Shown here piece by piece: positions 8,778-19,317 of a DNA stretch of 64,000 nt (positions within the stretch are counted from its first letter, which is position 1; every line of letters begins with the position of its first letter). The notes beneath the pieces were generated by a model, which saw only the letters and a list, made by a program, of their open reading frames with translations, was not told the origin of the DNA and searched no databases. A program made the translations under genes and the position numbers. Location of the stretch: assembly GCA_051531975.1 (NCBI GenBank), contig JAOPTT010000006.1:590977-654976 (forward strand), read 5' to 3'. Source of the DNA: Spirochaetaceae bacterium (GTDB taxonomy: Bacteria; Spirochaetota; Spirochaetia; DSM-2461).

Positions 8778-11700
8778 TTAAATATTTGATTCTTTACCAC
8801 TTATTTTCTCTATTAACCCATCTAATAGTGCGCCAGTGAATCTTTTCATGTTCTCTGGATTTGAAAATAGGTGCATCTGCATAGATGAGAAGGCATCTCC
8901 ACTATCCATTACTGCATTTTCTACAGCTTTAGGAAAATCCCCTAGAAGTGCTTGGGCTCGACTGTTATTTTTAACTTGAGTCATAACCTGGTTGTTTTCA
9001 CTCATTTTTTCTACTTGGGTTCTATAGAAGTTCAGTTTATCTTTATCCGTTAAGTTCTCATCTGTAAAGATCTCATTTAGCTTTGTTACAATTACAGAGA
9101 GGTAGTCCTCTTTTTTACTTTTACCTTTTCCCGATCCCATCTCTTGTCCTGGGGTTAGGTAACTTGGGTCGTTCTCTTTTAGTTTTATACTCTGTTCTCT
9201 AATTTTAGTTAGTCTATAGTGGCTTAAGAAGACTCCATCTATATCGATGTCTTCCTCTTTGTCTATCTCTAGTTTGAGTAGTGGTTGTAGGTTCCTTGCA
9301 TAGAGACTTAGTTTTTCGTAGTCTCTGTCATTATACTCAACTATCTGGGATATAAACTCGTAGTATCTTACGTATGTCCCTAGGTCTTTTCTAAATATCT
9401 CTAGGTCGTCTTTAGCTTTTTTAGCTTCTTTAAAATCTGTCTCACTATTGGCTATTAATATGGCATTCCCTGTCTTTTTTGCCTCAGATAACATCTGTCC
9501 AGCTTTCTTATAGCTATCTTTAGCTTCTAGGTATCGTTTACTCCATCTGTCTACAGCTGGTCTTGTCATGTTGGATATTTTAGCGTTACTATTTTTCTGA
9601 ATAAGGAAGGCTTCACAGAACATATCTACTTCGTGCCACTGGTATATGTCCATTGATTTAAGTTTTTTAAATAAATCGTCTACAAGTCCTGGATCTGAAA
9701 CGTCACCTAATTCTGCAGTCTGATAATAATCCTGAAATGATAACCTTATATCTTCTGGATCGTTAAAGAAGTCTAAAATGTAGGTTCCACATATTTCTTT
9801 CCCTGGGTAGATCCTGTTCAGTCTAGATAGAGTCTGTACACACTCAACACCTCCAAGCTTTTTATCTACGTACATTGCAACTAGTTTTGGTTGATCAAAT
9901 CCAGTTTGGAATTTATTTGCAACTATCATAACTTGGAAATCATCAGAGTCAAAGGCGGTTCTCATCTCACGTCCCTTTAGTTTTGTATTCATGTTAGATT
10001 CTGTATGTTTTGTATCTTCATCATCTTTAAGGGTAACCTCTCCAGAGAAGGCAATCATTGCATGGATTTTATTGTATCCATGCTTTTTAATATATTTATC
10101 AAAAGCGATTTTATATCTTACAGCCTCTTTTCTAGATCCTGTAACCACCATGGCTTTTGCCTGCCCGTTAAGTAGGTACATTATGTTATCTTTAAAGTGC
10201 TCAATTATTATCTGTACTTTTTGGGATATATTGTAGTCGTGGAGTTTCACCCATTTGTTTAGTTTTACCTGGGCTTTTTTACTCTCTACTAATTTATCGT
10301 TCTCTATTTTCATAGCTAAGTTGTACACTACTTTATAGTTGGTGTAGTTTTTTAATACGTCTAATATAAAGCCCTCTTCTATGGCCTGTCTCATGGAGTA
10401 GACGTGAAATGCTACCGGTAAGTTATCTTTTTTATTTGGTGGTAGTTCTGGGTTTGGTAAGTTTCCAAATAGTTCTAGTGTTTTTGTTTTAGGTGTTGCT
10501 GTAAATGCTAGGTAACTTAGGTTTTTGGATTTTTTCTGAGCTGCTATGGTATTGTCTATTATATCATCGTAGTTTAACTCTTCCTCTCCAGTTCCCTCTG
10601 ATACTAGTACCTCTTTCATCTTTTTTGCTGTAGATCCTGTCTGGGAGGAGTGGGCTTCGTCTGCAATTATTGCGTATGTTCTCTCTTTTAGATTTACACT
10701 GTTCTCTATGGCCCTGAGTACGTGGGGAAAGGTCTGTATAGTTACTATTATTATTGGTTGGGCATTTGTAAGGGCTTCCGCTAATTTCTCAGATTTAGAG
10801 CCTATTCCTACTTTGTTATTTATTCTTCCAACTATTCCTTCGGTCTGGGCAAACTGGGTTATGGTGTCCTGTAACTGGTCATCTAATATTGTTCTATCTG
10901 TAACTATAATTATCGAGTTAAACTGTTTGTTTCCGTCTTGTTTGTAAAGTGCAGAGAGTTGGTGTGCTGTCCAGGCTATGGAGTTGGATTTTCCAGATCC
11001 TGCGCTGTGTTGCACTAGGTATTTTTCCCCAGGTCCATTCTCTTTAGCTGAATTAATTATTTTTGTTACTACGTCCCACTGGTGATACCTTGGAAAGATC
11101 ATGGTCTCTTTTTTATATTTTTGACCTTCGTAGGTCTCTCTCTCTTCTATCTCTAAGTGTATAAATTTAGCAAGAATGTTTAGGATGTTATCTTTGAGTA
11201 GTACTTCATTCCATAGGTAATCTGTTGCGTATCTATCTGCATCCTTAGGAATATCGTTACCCTTCCCTCCATCTTTAGTTCCTCTGTTAAATGGTAGAAA
11301 GTAGGTATCATCCCCTGCTAGTTTTGTTGTCATAAATACTTCGTATTGGCTTACTGCAAAGTGTACCAGTGCCCCTCGCTTAAAGGTTAGTAGTGGTTCT
11401 GTTTTTTTAGTTACTGGGTCTATTGCAAAGCGTGTTTTTTTATACTGTTTTATTGCATTCTCTATATTTTGTTTAAATTCTGATTTTAATTCCATGGTGA
11501 TGATAGGTAGCCCATTTACAAATAGTACTAGGTCTATCCGCCAGCTTTTAGCTTTCTTCCCGGTAATCTCCAACTCTTTAGCTGTTGCCCATGGGCTGTA
11601 AACTAGTTCAGGGACAACACGTAATATGTTTGAGTTATACATGTCTGTTAACTTTTCATTTAATTCGTTTTCTGGCTTAAACTGGCATAGGGTAAATTTA

Positions 11701-12020
11701 CATCCTCTGTCCTTCAGTTCATTTCTAAGCACCCCTAAAGTTCCATAGGTTCTCATTACTTTAGCCGATGAGTTAGGGTCTACTTTATCTAGTTGAGTTG
11801 CTACCTTCTCTAGAAATTTGTTTTCTGTATGAGTAGGATAGAGCTTACAATATTTATCCCACTCTAAGGGCTGAGTAGTTTTAACATAGGCTAGTAGGTC
11901 CGAGCTATAGAGGGCTAGTTCTCTGTTATAATCTGAAGGTTTACCAACTTTCCAACCTTTAGCAACTAACTGACTAATCATATCATTCTGAAATACTTCT
12001 TCTCTTGCTGAATCACTCAT
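8778..12020 (-). CDS. hsdR: Type I restriction enzyme R subunit
   Basis: RIDLVLFVNGLPIITMELK nuclease motif, HSAGSGKS, DEAH, FTATP, TGFDQP, QTLSRLNR. Confidence 0.97.
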   Translation of the reverse strand: MSDSAREEVFQNDMISQLVAKGWKVGKPSDYNRELALYSSDLLAYVKTTQPLEWDKYCKLYPTHTENKFLEKVATQLDKVDPNSSAKVMRTYGTLGVLRNELKDRGCKFTLCQFKPENELNEKLTDMYNSNILRVVPELVYSPWATAKELEITGKKAKSWRIDLVLFVNGLPIITMELKSEFKQNIENAIKQYKKTRFAIDPVTKKTEPLLTFKRGALVHFAVSQYEVFMTTKLAGDDTYFLPFNRGTKDGGKGNDIPKDADRYATDYLWNEVLLKDNILNILAKFIHLEIEERETYEGQKYKKETMIFPRYHQWDVVTKIINSAKENGPGEKYLVQHSAGSGKSNSIAWTAHQLSALYKQDGNKQFNSIIIVTDRTILDDQLQDTITQFAQTEGIVGRINNKVGIGSKSEKLAEALTNAQPIIIVTIQTFPHVLRAIENSVNLKERTYAIIADEAHSSQTGSTAKKMKEVLVSEGTGEEELNYDDIIDNTIAAQKKSKNLSYLAFTATPKTKTLELFGNLPNPELPPNKKDNLPVAFHVYSMRQAIEEGFILDVLKNYTNYKVVYNLAMKIENDKLVESKKAQVKLNKWVKLHDYNISQKVQIIIEHFKDNIMYLLNGQAKAMVVTGSRKEAVRYKIAFDKYIKKHGYNKIHAMIAFSGEVTLKDDEDTKHTESNMNTKLKGREMRTAFDSDDFQVMIVANKFQTGFDQPKLVAMYVDKKLGGVECVQTLSRLNRIYPGKEICGTYILDFFNDPEDIRLSFQDYYQTAELGDVSDPGLVDDLFKKLKSMDIYQWHEVDMFCEAFLIQKNSNAKISNMTRPAVDRWSKRYLEAKDSYKKAGQMLSEAKKTGNAILIANSETDFKEAKKAKDDLEIFRKDLGTYVRYYEFISQIVEYNDRDYEKLSLYARNLQPLLKLEIDKEEDIDIDGVFLSHYRLTKIREQSIKLKENDPSYLTPGQEMGSGKGKSKKEDYLSVIVTKLNEIFTDENLTDKDKLNFYRTQVEKMSENNQVMTQVKNNSRAQALLGDFPKAVENAVMDSGDAFSSMQMHLFSNPENMKRFTGALLDGLIEKISGKESNI

Positions 12021-12177
12021 TTTAAATCCTTTTTAAATAAACTTGTAACCTTATAAATCTTTCTAGCTGACCTAGCATCATAAACTTAGAGCATATATTT
12101 CAACTATTTTAAACTTTTTCTAACCAAATTAGTCACTTAAATAATTTTAAACAGAAATGATTAAAATTTAACATATT

Positions 12178-12300
12178 ATTTGTAATCCACTATAAATCTC
12201 CCAAACGTCTTCATAGAAGTGAATCCCTCCCATCTTTACCAGTAGCAAGCTTACATTCGAGGTCTATGCCTTTTTTTAGTTCAATAATAATTAACTTCAT
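12178..12300 (-). pseudogene. 5' relic of an AlbA_2/Schlafen-like gene
   Basis: MKLIIIELKKGIDLECKLATGKDG then, frameshifted, EDVWEIYSG; resembles the E-C-K...W-x-x-YSAFAN start of AlbA_2 proteins. Confidence 0.5.
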
Positions 12301-12303
12301 TTA

Positions 12304-14730
12304 TCACCTCACACCAGTCCATTCACTATCCAATTTTACAAACTTTTTGAAAATGGCAGTGTTACCATACTTTTCTTTAATATAAGACTTATTTTCTTTT
12401 ACCAATTTACTTATTATGCGACTATCTTCTGTAATGTCATTATGATAAGTAATAAAACCTTTTATGAATTGATCATTTTTAACATTATCATGGAAAATTT
12501 TTGATATAGATGTTATTAATAGATCGTTATTTTGGGGATGATTTTCGATAGTTTTAATAGGAGATGAATTTTCTACATCAATAATATTATCCACTTCATC
12601 ATAATTCAAATAAAATTCTATAACATATTTTGTGAACAGATTAAAGGCACGATCTGTAAATGGATACTCCATTTTTCTAAGTTCAGAAAAAAATAAATAA
12701 GGCAACTTTATTTTAAATATTATATTTAAATCTTCAACTAATAGAAACTCAACTAAACTATCAATTTCATCAGTATAAGAATCAATAAAATCATTTTCTA
12801 GTTCTAGGTATACCTCAATTAGTTTTTGGATACTACCACCAACATCACTATAAAAGTTACCCACAAATTCATCTAAATCATATAATTTATTTATATTACC
12901 TAGCTCAAGCCCTACAATATAATCTATAAGTTTCAACAACGTGATTTTTTTTTCAACAATAGTTTCACTTATAAGTTTTCTATATAAAAATTTAAAAATA
13001 TCTTCTCGCATAAAATCAAAAACTGGATCAGATATAACTTTTTTCAATTCATCAAAACTATACATATTCAAATTTTCAATAATGCAACTTATTTCATGAA
13101 TCAAAATTGATGCTATAGGGATACTATAACTAGAATAATTATCAAAATAGAGTAATAAACTCTTATTAATATCAATATATTTTCTTCCCCCATAATTAAA
13201 TAGATCTCTAAATAAGGATTTGAGATTACTATTTGTAAGAATAGCTTTCAAATTTGGATATTCAATGAGTATTTCTGAAGATTCTTTATCGTTTATATAA
13301 TTACTGTGTAATGCGAGTTTCTTTAACTTTTCTAAATATGTTTCATCTATTAGTATAAAGTCCGGATACTTTAGCATCATAATGGAGGCTATCGCTAATT
13401 TTTTATTAGACATTTTTAGTTCATCGAGGTGCTTAAATTCATAACTTGAATCATCCATATTTTTGATAATATTTATACTCATTTCTGTAATTGATTTTTG
13501 CTGTAAAAACGCTATATTTAGTCTAGATAAATAGATCTTTATATCCCTAATATTTGACAATGACTCTTTAACTGCAACCGTAATGTCATTAATGTCAGCA
13601 ATTATTCCCTGCTTATTCAGTATAATACTATTTTCCTCAAATAGTTTATTAAATAACATTGATTTCTCCATTGAATCAAACATAGGAATAGTTCTATCGA
13701 ATTGGAAAAACTTTTCTAAGTATAGTTTATCCGTACCTATTTTGGAGCATACTTGATCTCTGTCCAAGGCTGATATAAATATTAGGTTGGTTAATCTGCC
13801 TGAATTTCTAATAATCTTTAATATTGCTAATAGTTCATCTTTTTCTAATCTATCTAAGTCGTCTATAAAAACTATAATTTTCTTTTTGTAGTCTCTTAAA
13901 CCACTATCTATAGCGTCGTATATATCATTTTGATTGAGGTTATTTGAGAAGCTGTGTATAAGCCTATTAAATGAGTTTGAATCTGGAAGTAAAACAGAAA
14001 TATATTTGTGTATAGACCTATTTAGTTGCCTATCAGACGCTACTAAATCAGCTAATAATGAAAAAAATGTCCGTGTAATACTATCTGGAGAGTCACACCG
14101 CCAAGGGTAAAACTCCAATATTTCATAATTTGATTTCTTTGATAATAGTTTCTCTTTTATCAAGTTTAAAAAACTTGATTTACCAGAACCCCACTCTCCA
14201 GAAATAGAGATGCTTAAACTGTTTTCTGTATGTGTTTCTATAATTGGCATGAAACTTTTTAATAGATACTTAAAGCAGTCTCTTTTATTATCTTTAAGTG
14301 TAGTTATTTCACTGTCATTATTAATAATATCAAAACTATCTGTATCAGTATCTGATTTACGAATCCCCACCAATTTTGCAAATAATCCCCACAGAAATAA
14401 ATGAGTAACAACATAAAAAATTAAAATAGGTAATGGTTTAAATATTGTTGTTAATTCACCTAGGGTAACTGTAAAGACAATAAATACAAACAAGAATATT
14501 ACATCATGTTTTTTGTGTTTATTTATCCAAATAAAATAGAAGTAGATAAAAACCATTATAGTTATAGGAACAATATATAGAGTAATTAATTCACCATTAG
14601 ATTCCTCGATGTATTTAACAACAACTTTTAGATTAGCAATTTTTTTATATATGTATTCTGAAAAGCTAATAAAGAGTAATAAAAATATTGTTAGAAATGT
14701 ATAAAAAGCTACATTTTTATGTGTTTTCAT
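12304..14730 (-). CDS. KAP-family P-loop NTPase with N-terminal TM helices
   Basis: About 4 TMs, GEWGSGKS, FYPW, IIVFIDDLDR, YLEKFFQ, NIRDIK. Confidence 0.9.
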   Translation of the reverse strand: MKTHKNVAFYTFLTIFLLLFISFSEYIYKKIANLKVVVKYIEESNGELITLYIVPITIMVFIYFYFIWINKHKKHDVIFLFVFIVFTVTLGELTTIFKPLPILIFYVVTHLFLWGLFAKLVGIRKSDTDTDSFDIINNDSEITTLKDNKRDCFKYLLKSFMPIIETHTENSLSISISGEWGSGKSSFLNLIKEKLLSKKSNYEILEFYPWRCDSPDSITRTFFSLLADLVASDRQLNRSIHKYISVLLPDSNSFNRLIHSFSNNLNQNDIYDAIDSGLRDYKKKIIVFIDDLDRLEKDELLAILKIIRNSGRLTNLIFISALDRDQVCSKIGTDKLYLEKFFQFDRTIPMFDSMEKSMLFNKLFEENSIILNKQGIIADINDITVAVKESLSNIRDIKIYLSRLNIAFLQQKSITEMSINIIKNMDDSSYEFKHLDELKMSNKKLAIASIMMLKYPDFILIDETYLEKLKKLALHSNYINDKESSEILIEYPNLKAILTNSNLKSLFRDLFNYGGRKYIDINKSLLLYFDNYSSYSIPIASILIHEISCIIENLNMYSFDELKKVISDPVFDFMREDIFKFLYRKLISETIVEKKITLLKLIDYIVGLELGNINKLYDLDEFVGNFYSDVGGSIQKLIEVYLELENDFIDSYTDEIDSLVEFLLVEDLNIIFKIKLPYLFFSELRKMEYPFTDRAFNLFTKYVIEFYLNYDEVDNIIDVENSSPIKTIENHPQNNDLLITSISKIFHDNVKNDQFIKGFITYHNDITEDSRIISKLVKENKSYIKEKYGNTAIFKKFVKLDSEWTGVR

Positions 14731-16064
14731 TCTGTTCTCTTCCCATCTCTAACATCGATCTTACCTGTTACTACAGCAGAGATTAGGGAAGTTCTACGTT
14801 CTTTTAGAAGATTGATTGCTTTTTTTATTTTTATATCTGCTTTATTAGAAATATTAACAAATTTTTCTATATGTTTAACAATTTCTTGTTGTTCTTCATA
14901 GGAAGGGAATACTGCTTTAATAGCACTAATTCTATCAATATTTAAATTGGCTTGAGTACTTTGTGTTGAAGTTTGTTCTAGTGCGGGAAATGCTGCATTT
15001 AAACTATATCTTAAATATTCTAAGTCAATATTTGAATTTGGTTTGAATCCGACGATACTATCAGGAGCATATGCTTCAAAACCTAGCACTGCTGTGTCTC
15101 CTATATTAGCTGCGATTGTCATGACAAGAGTACCAGCTGGAAACTTCTGACTTACACTAATACCTCTTTCATTTAAAGTTTGTTTGTAAGTTGTAATTTT
15201 TTTTCCTGCATTAGCAACATCCCCTGTTTGAATGAATGGGTAGACTCCATTGTAGAATCTTTGATCATTTCTTGGGCGATGACCAAATTTACCTCTATAT
15301 ATTTGAGTTGCATATCTATAGTTTTTTATCCCCCAATGTTCTGGAACTTCTCCCAACCAATCAACTCCTGAATCTTTCATAGGTGTATCTGGATTAAGAC
15401 CCTTAGTTACAGCATGGCTAATAACAGCCTGTCTTTTCTCTTTAAGGAGTTCAATTAGTTTTTGTTGTTTTCCAATTAGGGTATCAATTTTAGAAGTTTC
15501 TATAGTTAAAAAGTCATCAATATTTGATTGTTCTGAGAAATATGGCATAGCATAATCAAAGTTAACAAATGTATCCTGATATAAATGGACAATTGTGCTT
15601 CCTATTTTATTATAGTCTACAAAAGTTTTAAATACATCAGATTGTAATAGCCAAAAATAAAACCTACTTATATAATTATTTTTTAAAGGTCGAACTACAA
15701 AAACTCCACTATTAAGGGTTGCTTTACCAATAAGGTTATTTACTAATGCAATTTTTCCTATAGTACCATCTTTAGTTAGTAGAAGATCTCCATTTTTTAA
15801 CTGAATGTAGGGATCTTGTTCATACCTTTCAATGTCACAATGATAACATTCTTTCCACATTATTTCAGGACCTTTAAAATCTGATCCTGTAATTAGATAG
15901 GGTCCTTGTTCTGTGAAATCATCTGAATTTAATCCATGCCAACCAACTCTTGCCTTAACATATGTTTCATATTTTACTTTAGTTTTATTCCAATGTGTTG
16001 GGAAAAAGCCAATCCACTCAACACAACTATCTTTATAATCAGGATAAGTTTTATATCTACCCAT
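14727..16064 (-). CDS. hsdS: Type I R-M specificity subunit
   Basis: Two TRDs, conserved LLKEKRQAVISHAVTKGL / LISAVVTGKIDV helices, KDSGVDWLGEVPEHW. Confidence 0.97.
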   Translation of the reverse strand: MGRYKTYPDYKDSCVEWIGFFPTHWNKTKVKYETYVKARVGWHGLNSDDFTEQGPYLITGSDFKGPEIMWKECYHCDIERYEQDPYIQLKNGDLLLTKDGTIGKIALVNNLIGKATLNSGVFVVRPLKNNYISRFYFWLLQSDVFKTFVDYNKIGSTIVHLYQDTFVNFDYAMPYFSEQSNIDDFLTIETSKIDTLIGKQQKLIELLKEKRQAVISHAVTKGLNPDTPMKDSGVDWLGEVPEHWGIKNYRYATQIYRGKFGHRPRNDQRFYNGVYPFIQTGDVANAGKKITTYKQTLNERGISVSQKFPAGTLVMTIAANIGDTAVLGFEAYAPDSIVGFKPNSNIDLEYLRYSLNAAFPALEQTSTQSTQANLNIDRISAIKAVFPSYEEQQEIVKHIEKFVNISNKADIKIKKAINLLKERRTSLISAVVTGKIDVRDGKRTE

Positions 16065-18346
16065 TATGAATGAACCTCTTTTAATAGCTTCATTATCTCT
16101 GAACTAATTTGGTCTAATTCAGAATCGATCTCTTCTAATGGTCTTTGTGGTGTATACACATAGAAGTGCCTGTTAAATGGTATCTCGTATCCAACAATTC
16201 CAATATCATTATCTTTATCATCTATTTTAGTATCATTTATCCATGCTTCGGTCACATGGGGTAATACTTCTTTTATAAAGTACTCTTCATTTAGTTGGTT
16301 TACAGGTTTAGATGGGTCTAATGATACATTTTCATTATCTCTTAAATCTCCATCCTGTTTATATTCTATAATCTGACCATCTACATCAAATAGCCCATAC
16401 AGAGGATTAGGTTTAGTATTTTTATGAGTCTTTCTAATAACCTTCTCTGCATCTGGGTTCTTCCAAGAAACAGCAGCTGTTATTAACTTCTTCTCTTTAG
16501 CATCTAATTTAATACCTGTATTTTTAAGTATTTCTTCATACTTATTCATATCATTAAACTGTTCATAACCTATAGCTTGATTAAGTTCTTTAGCCTTTAA
16601 GAGAACATTATTATTATCATCCCAGATTTTACTATCTAATAAGTCTTTAATTTGTTTCTCTTTTAAGGTAGCAAAGTTCGTTTTTATATAAGCTCTAATT
16701 TCAATTTCATTCTCTTTATAAATATTGTTAACTTCACCATAGGTTTTATACATCCATTTCATTGGTGCTTCTAATGGTTTATTTGAATAACGTAAAGTTT
16801 CTATATTTTCGTCTGAGAATTGGAAAGACTCTCTTAATGGTCTCTCTATAGTTATTCTTCTATAACCAAACTCATAATAGTTGAATATTTTAGATGCAAA
16901 AGTTTTAGGATTCGCTTTTTTACTATTCTCAGATTGCCGTCCTCTGTTACTTTTAACATCTTCTGGTTTATCTAATACTTTTGTTTCTACAGCTTCATAG
17001 TTTCCAAAACATCTTGTAATCTCTTTTATATCATTCTCATCCATAATGTTTCTTTTAGAACCAAGGGACTTTCTCATTTTACCACAAAGGTTTAGACCAT
17101 TAATAAGTTGTACTTTACCTTTCTTCTCAGATGTCTTTTTGTTGGATAAGATCCATACATATGTTGCTATACCGGTGTTGTAAAACATATCGTTAGGTAG
17201 AGCTACAATAGTTTCAAGTAGATCAGACTCTAATATATATCTTCTTATCTCTGATTCACCAGAACCAGCACCACCTGTAAATAGTGGGGAACCATTAAGA
17301 ATAATTCCAATTCTACCACCACCTTCAGAAGTATCTCTTAATTTACTTATTAAGTGCATTAAGAATAGTAAGGAACCATCTGATACTCTTGGTAGTCCTG
17401 GTCCAAATCTACCAGCAAAACCTTTTAAACTGTTTTCATCTTTAATAGATGCTTCAATCTTTTTCCAATCAACACCAAATGGAGGGTTTGATAACATATA
17501 GTCAAACTTATCAGAGTATAATTGATCATCTGAGAGAGTATTTCCTAATTTAATATTTGATACATCCTGACCTTTGATTAACATATCCGCTTTACAGATA
17601 GCATAACTTTCAGGGTTAAGTTCCTGACCAAATGCTCTCATTACAGCTTTAGGGTTCAGTTCATAAACATATTCCATCCCAGAGGATAGAAACCCACCTG
17701 TACCAGCTGTTGGATCATATATTGTTCTAATTATTCCGGGTTTAGTAAGCGCTTCATCATCTTCCATGAATACAAGTGATGTTGTTAACCTTACTATATC
17801 TCTTGGTGTAAAGTGCTCACCTGCAGTCTCATTTGAACTCTCTGCAAACTTTCTGATTAACTCTTCAAAAACAAGACCCATTTCGTAGTTTGAAACAACT
17901 TCCGGATGTAGGTCTGTTGATTTAACCTTTTGTACTATTTTATATAGAAGGTTAGCATCATTAAGCTGACCTATAAAATCTGTAAATTTAAAGTGTTCAA
18001 ATATTTCCCTAGCATCAGCTGAAAAAGATTGAATATATGATTCTAGGTTAGCAGCTATATTAGATTCACCAAGTTTGGAGAGATCCATCTTGGATGTATT
18101 AAAAAATGATAGTACACCAGTAGCTCTTAAAAGGAATTTATCCTTTGCTTCTTCTGGTAGTTCCATAGATTTAAGTTTTTCATCCTGTTCAATAACTGCT
18201 TCTTTACTATCTTCTAAAACACACTCTAATCTTCTTAGAAGTGTAAAAGGTAAAATTATTCTACCGTACTGACTCTGTTTGAAATCACCTCGTAATATAT
18301 CGGCGATTGACCATATATATGTTGCTAGATTATTTGTGTTTGACAT
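16064..18346 (-). CDS. hsdM: Type I R-M N6-adenine methyltransferase
   Basis: [41 protein letters not shown]. Confidence 0.97.
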   Translation of the reverse strand: MSNTNNLATYIWSIADILRGDFKQSQYGRIILPFTLLRRLECVLEDSKEAVIEQDEKLKSMELPEEAKDKFLLRATGVLSFFNTSKMDLSKLGESNIAANLESYIQSFSADAREIFEHFKFTDFIGQLNDANLLYKIVQKVKSTDLHPEVVSNYEMGLVFEELIRKFAESSNETAGEHFTPRDIVRLTTSLVFMEDDEALTKPGIIRTIYDPTAGTGGFLSSGMEYVYELNPKAVMRAFGQELNPESYAICKADMLIKGQDVSNIKLGNTLSDDQLYSDKFDYMLSNPPFGVDWKKIEASIKDENSLKGFAGRFGPGLPRVSDGSLLFLMHLISKLRDTSEGGGRIGIILNGSPLFTGGAGSGESEIRRYILESDLLETIVALPNDMFYNTGIATYVWILSNKKTSEKKGKVQLINGLNLCGKMRKSLGSKRNIMDENDIKEITRCFGNYEAVETKVLDKPEDVKSNRGRQSENSKKANPKTFASKIFNYYEFGYRRITIERPLRESFQFSDENIETLRYSNKPLEAPMKWMYKTYGEVNNIYKENEIEIRAYIKTNFATLKEKQIKDLLDSKIWDDNNNVLLKAKELNQAIGYEQFNDMNKYEEILKNTGIKLDAKEKKLITAAVSWKNPDAEKVIRKTHKNTKPNPLYGLFDVDGQIIEYKQDGDLRDNENVSLDPSKPVNQLNEEYFIKEVLPHVTEAWINDTKIDDKDNDIGIVGYEIPFNRHFYVYTPQRPLEEIDSELDQISSEIMKLLKEVHS

Positions 18347-18365
18347 TACTAATTCCTCTTATTTT

Positions 18366-19100
18366 TTAAAATGACTTTAATAATCTATTTAAAGATTTAA
18401 TCTTTTGTATTTCAGCTGTAGAAATACCTCCAGGTCTAAAGTGCATTATTTTATTTCTTATATCCTTGACTTCAATCAAGAGAATATTCAATTGTTTTTT
18501 ATCTACAGTAGTATTAACTTTCTCCCAGACATGATCAATATTTAGTAGTGTTATATATTCATTGAATGTTAGATCTGAAATATTACTTCTTGCCCTTTTA
18601 TTTTCTTTATTTAGAGAAAATTCCAATTCACTTGAAGACACATTATTTTCCAATATTTGTCTTAATAGAGTCTCGCATTCCCCAGCTAAAATAAAACCTT
18701 GTGATACTTCTATAAATAGAGAACTGATATCACTGGTTGTTAGTATTCCTACAATTCCGTTAGAGTTAGGAGATTTTATTAGGGCATATTCATTTTCATT
18801 TACAACTTCAATAGCCTTCATCACTGAATCCCTTGTAGAGATGTAGACAGGACTTTCCATAAAGTCTTTAACCAAAGAGTTTTCGTTAATTTTATTCTGA
18901 TTTCGTAATAATGATTTCAAAGTGATAACTCCACTTGCGGAACCTTTTACATTTTTCATTACAGGCAATTGTGAAAAGTTGTTAATTATCATCTTAGTTC
19001 TTGCTGAGTTTAAAGTTTCTTCACCTTTTATACTTTCTGGTTCATTCCATTCATTTATAAAATAACCAATAGTGAAATTAACATCATCATTACTATGCAT
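18366..19100 (-). CDS. CBS-pair + Swt1-like HEPN fusion
   Basis: FSQLPVM and VGILTTSDI CBS motifs; C-terminal DLTFNEY...IRNKIMHF (RxxxxH). Confidence 0.8.
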   Translation of the reverse strand: MHSNDDVNFTIGYFINEWNEPESIKGEETLNSARTKMIINNFSQLPVMKNVKGSASGVITLKSLLRNQNKINENSLVKDFMESPVYISTRDSVMKAIEVVNENEYALIKSPNSNGIVGILTTSDISSLFIEVSQGFILAGECETLLRQILENNVSSSELEFSLNKENKRARSNISDLTFNEYITLLNIDHVWEKVNTTVDKKQLNILLIEVKDIRNKIMHFRPGGISTAEIQKIKSLNRLLKSF

Positions 19101-19317
19101 TATTTACCTTTCCATTTAATTTATATGAAATTTTCAACTATATATTTTTATTTATTATACACCTATGATTGCAATTTACAATATAAGTTATTCAGATTCA
19201 ATTTTTATCTTGAAACAAGATTAACTTCAACATTTATAAGATTTATCTTTTCTGTATTATCAATATTCACATATTTAACCCATATGTGCATGAATCAACT
19301 AAACTTAAAAAAAACAA

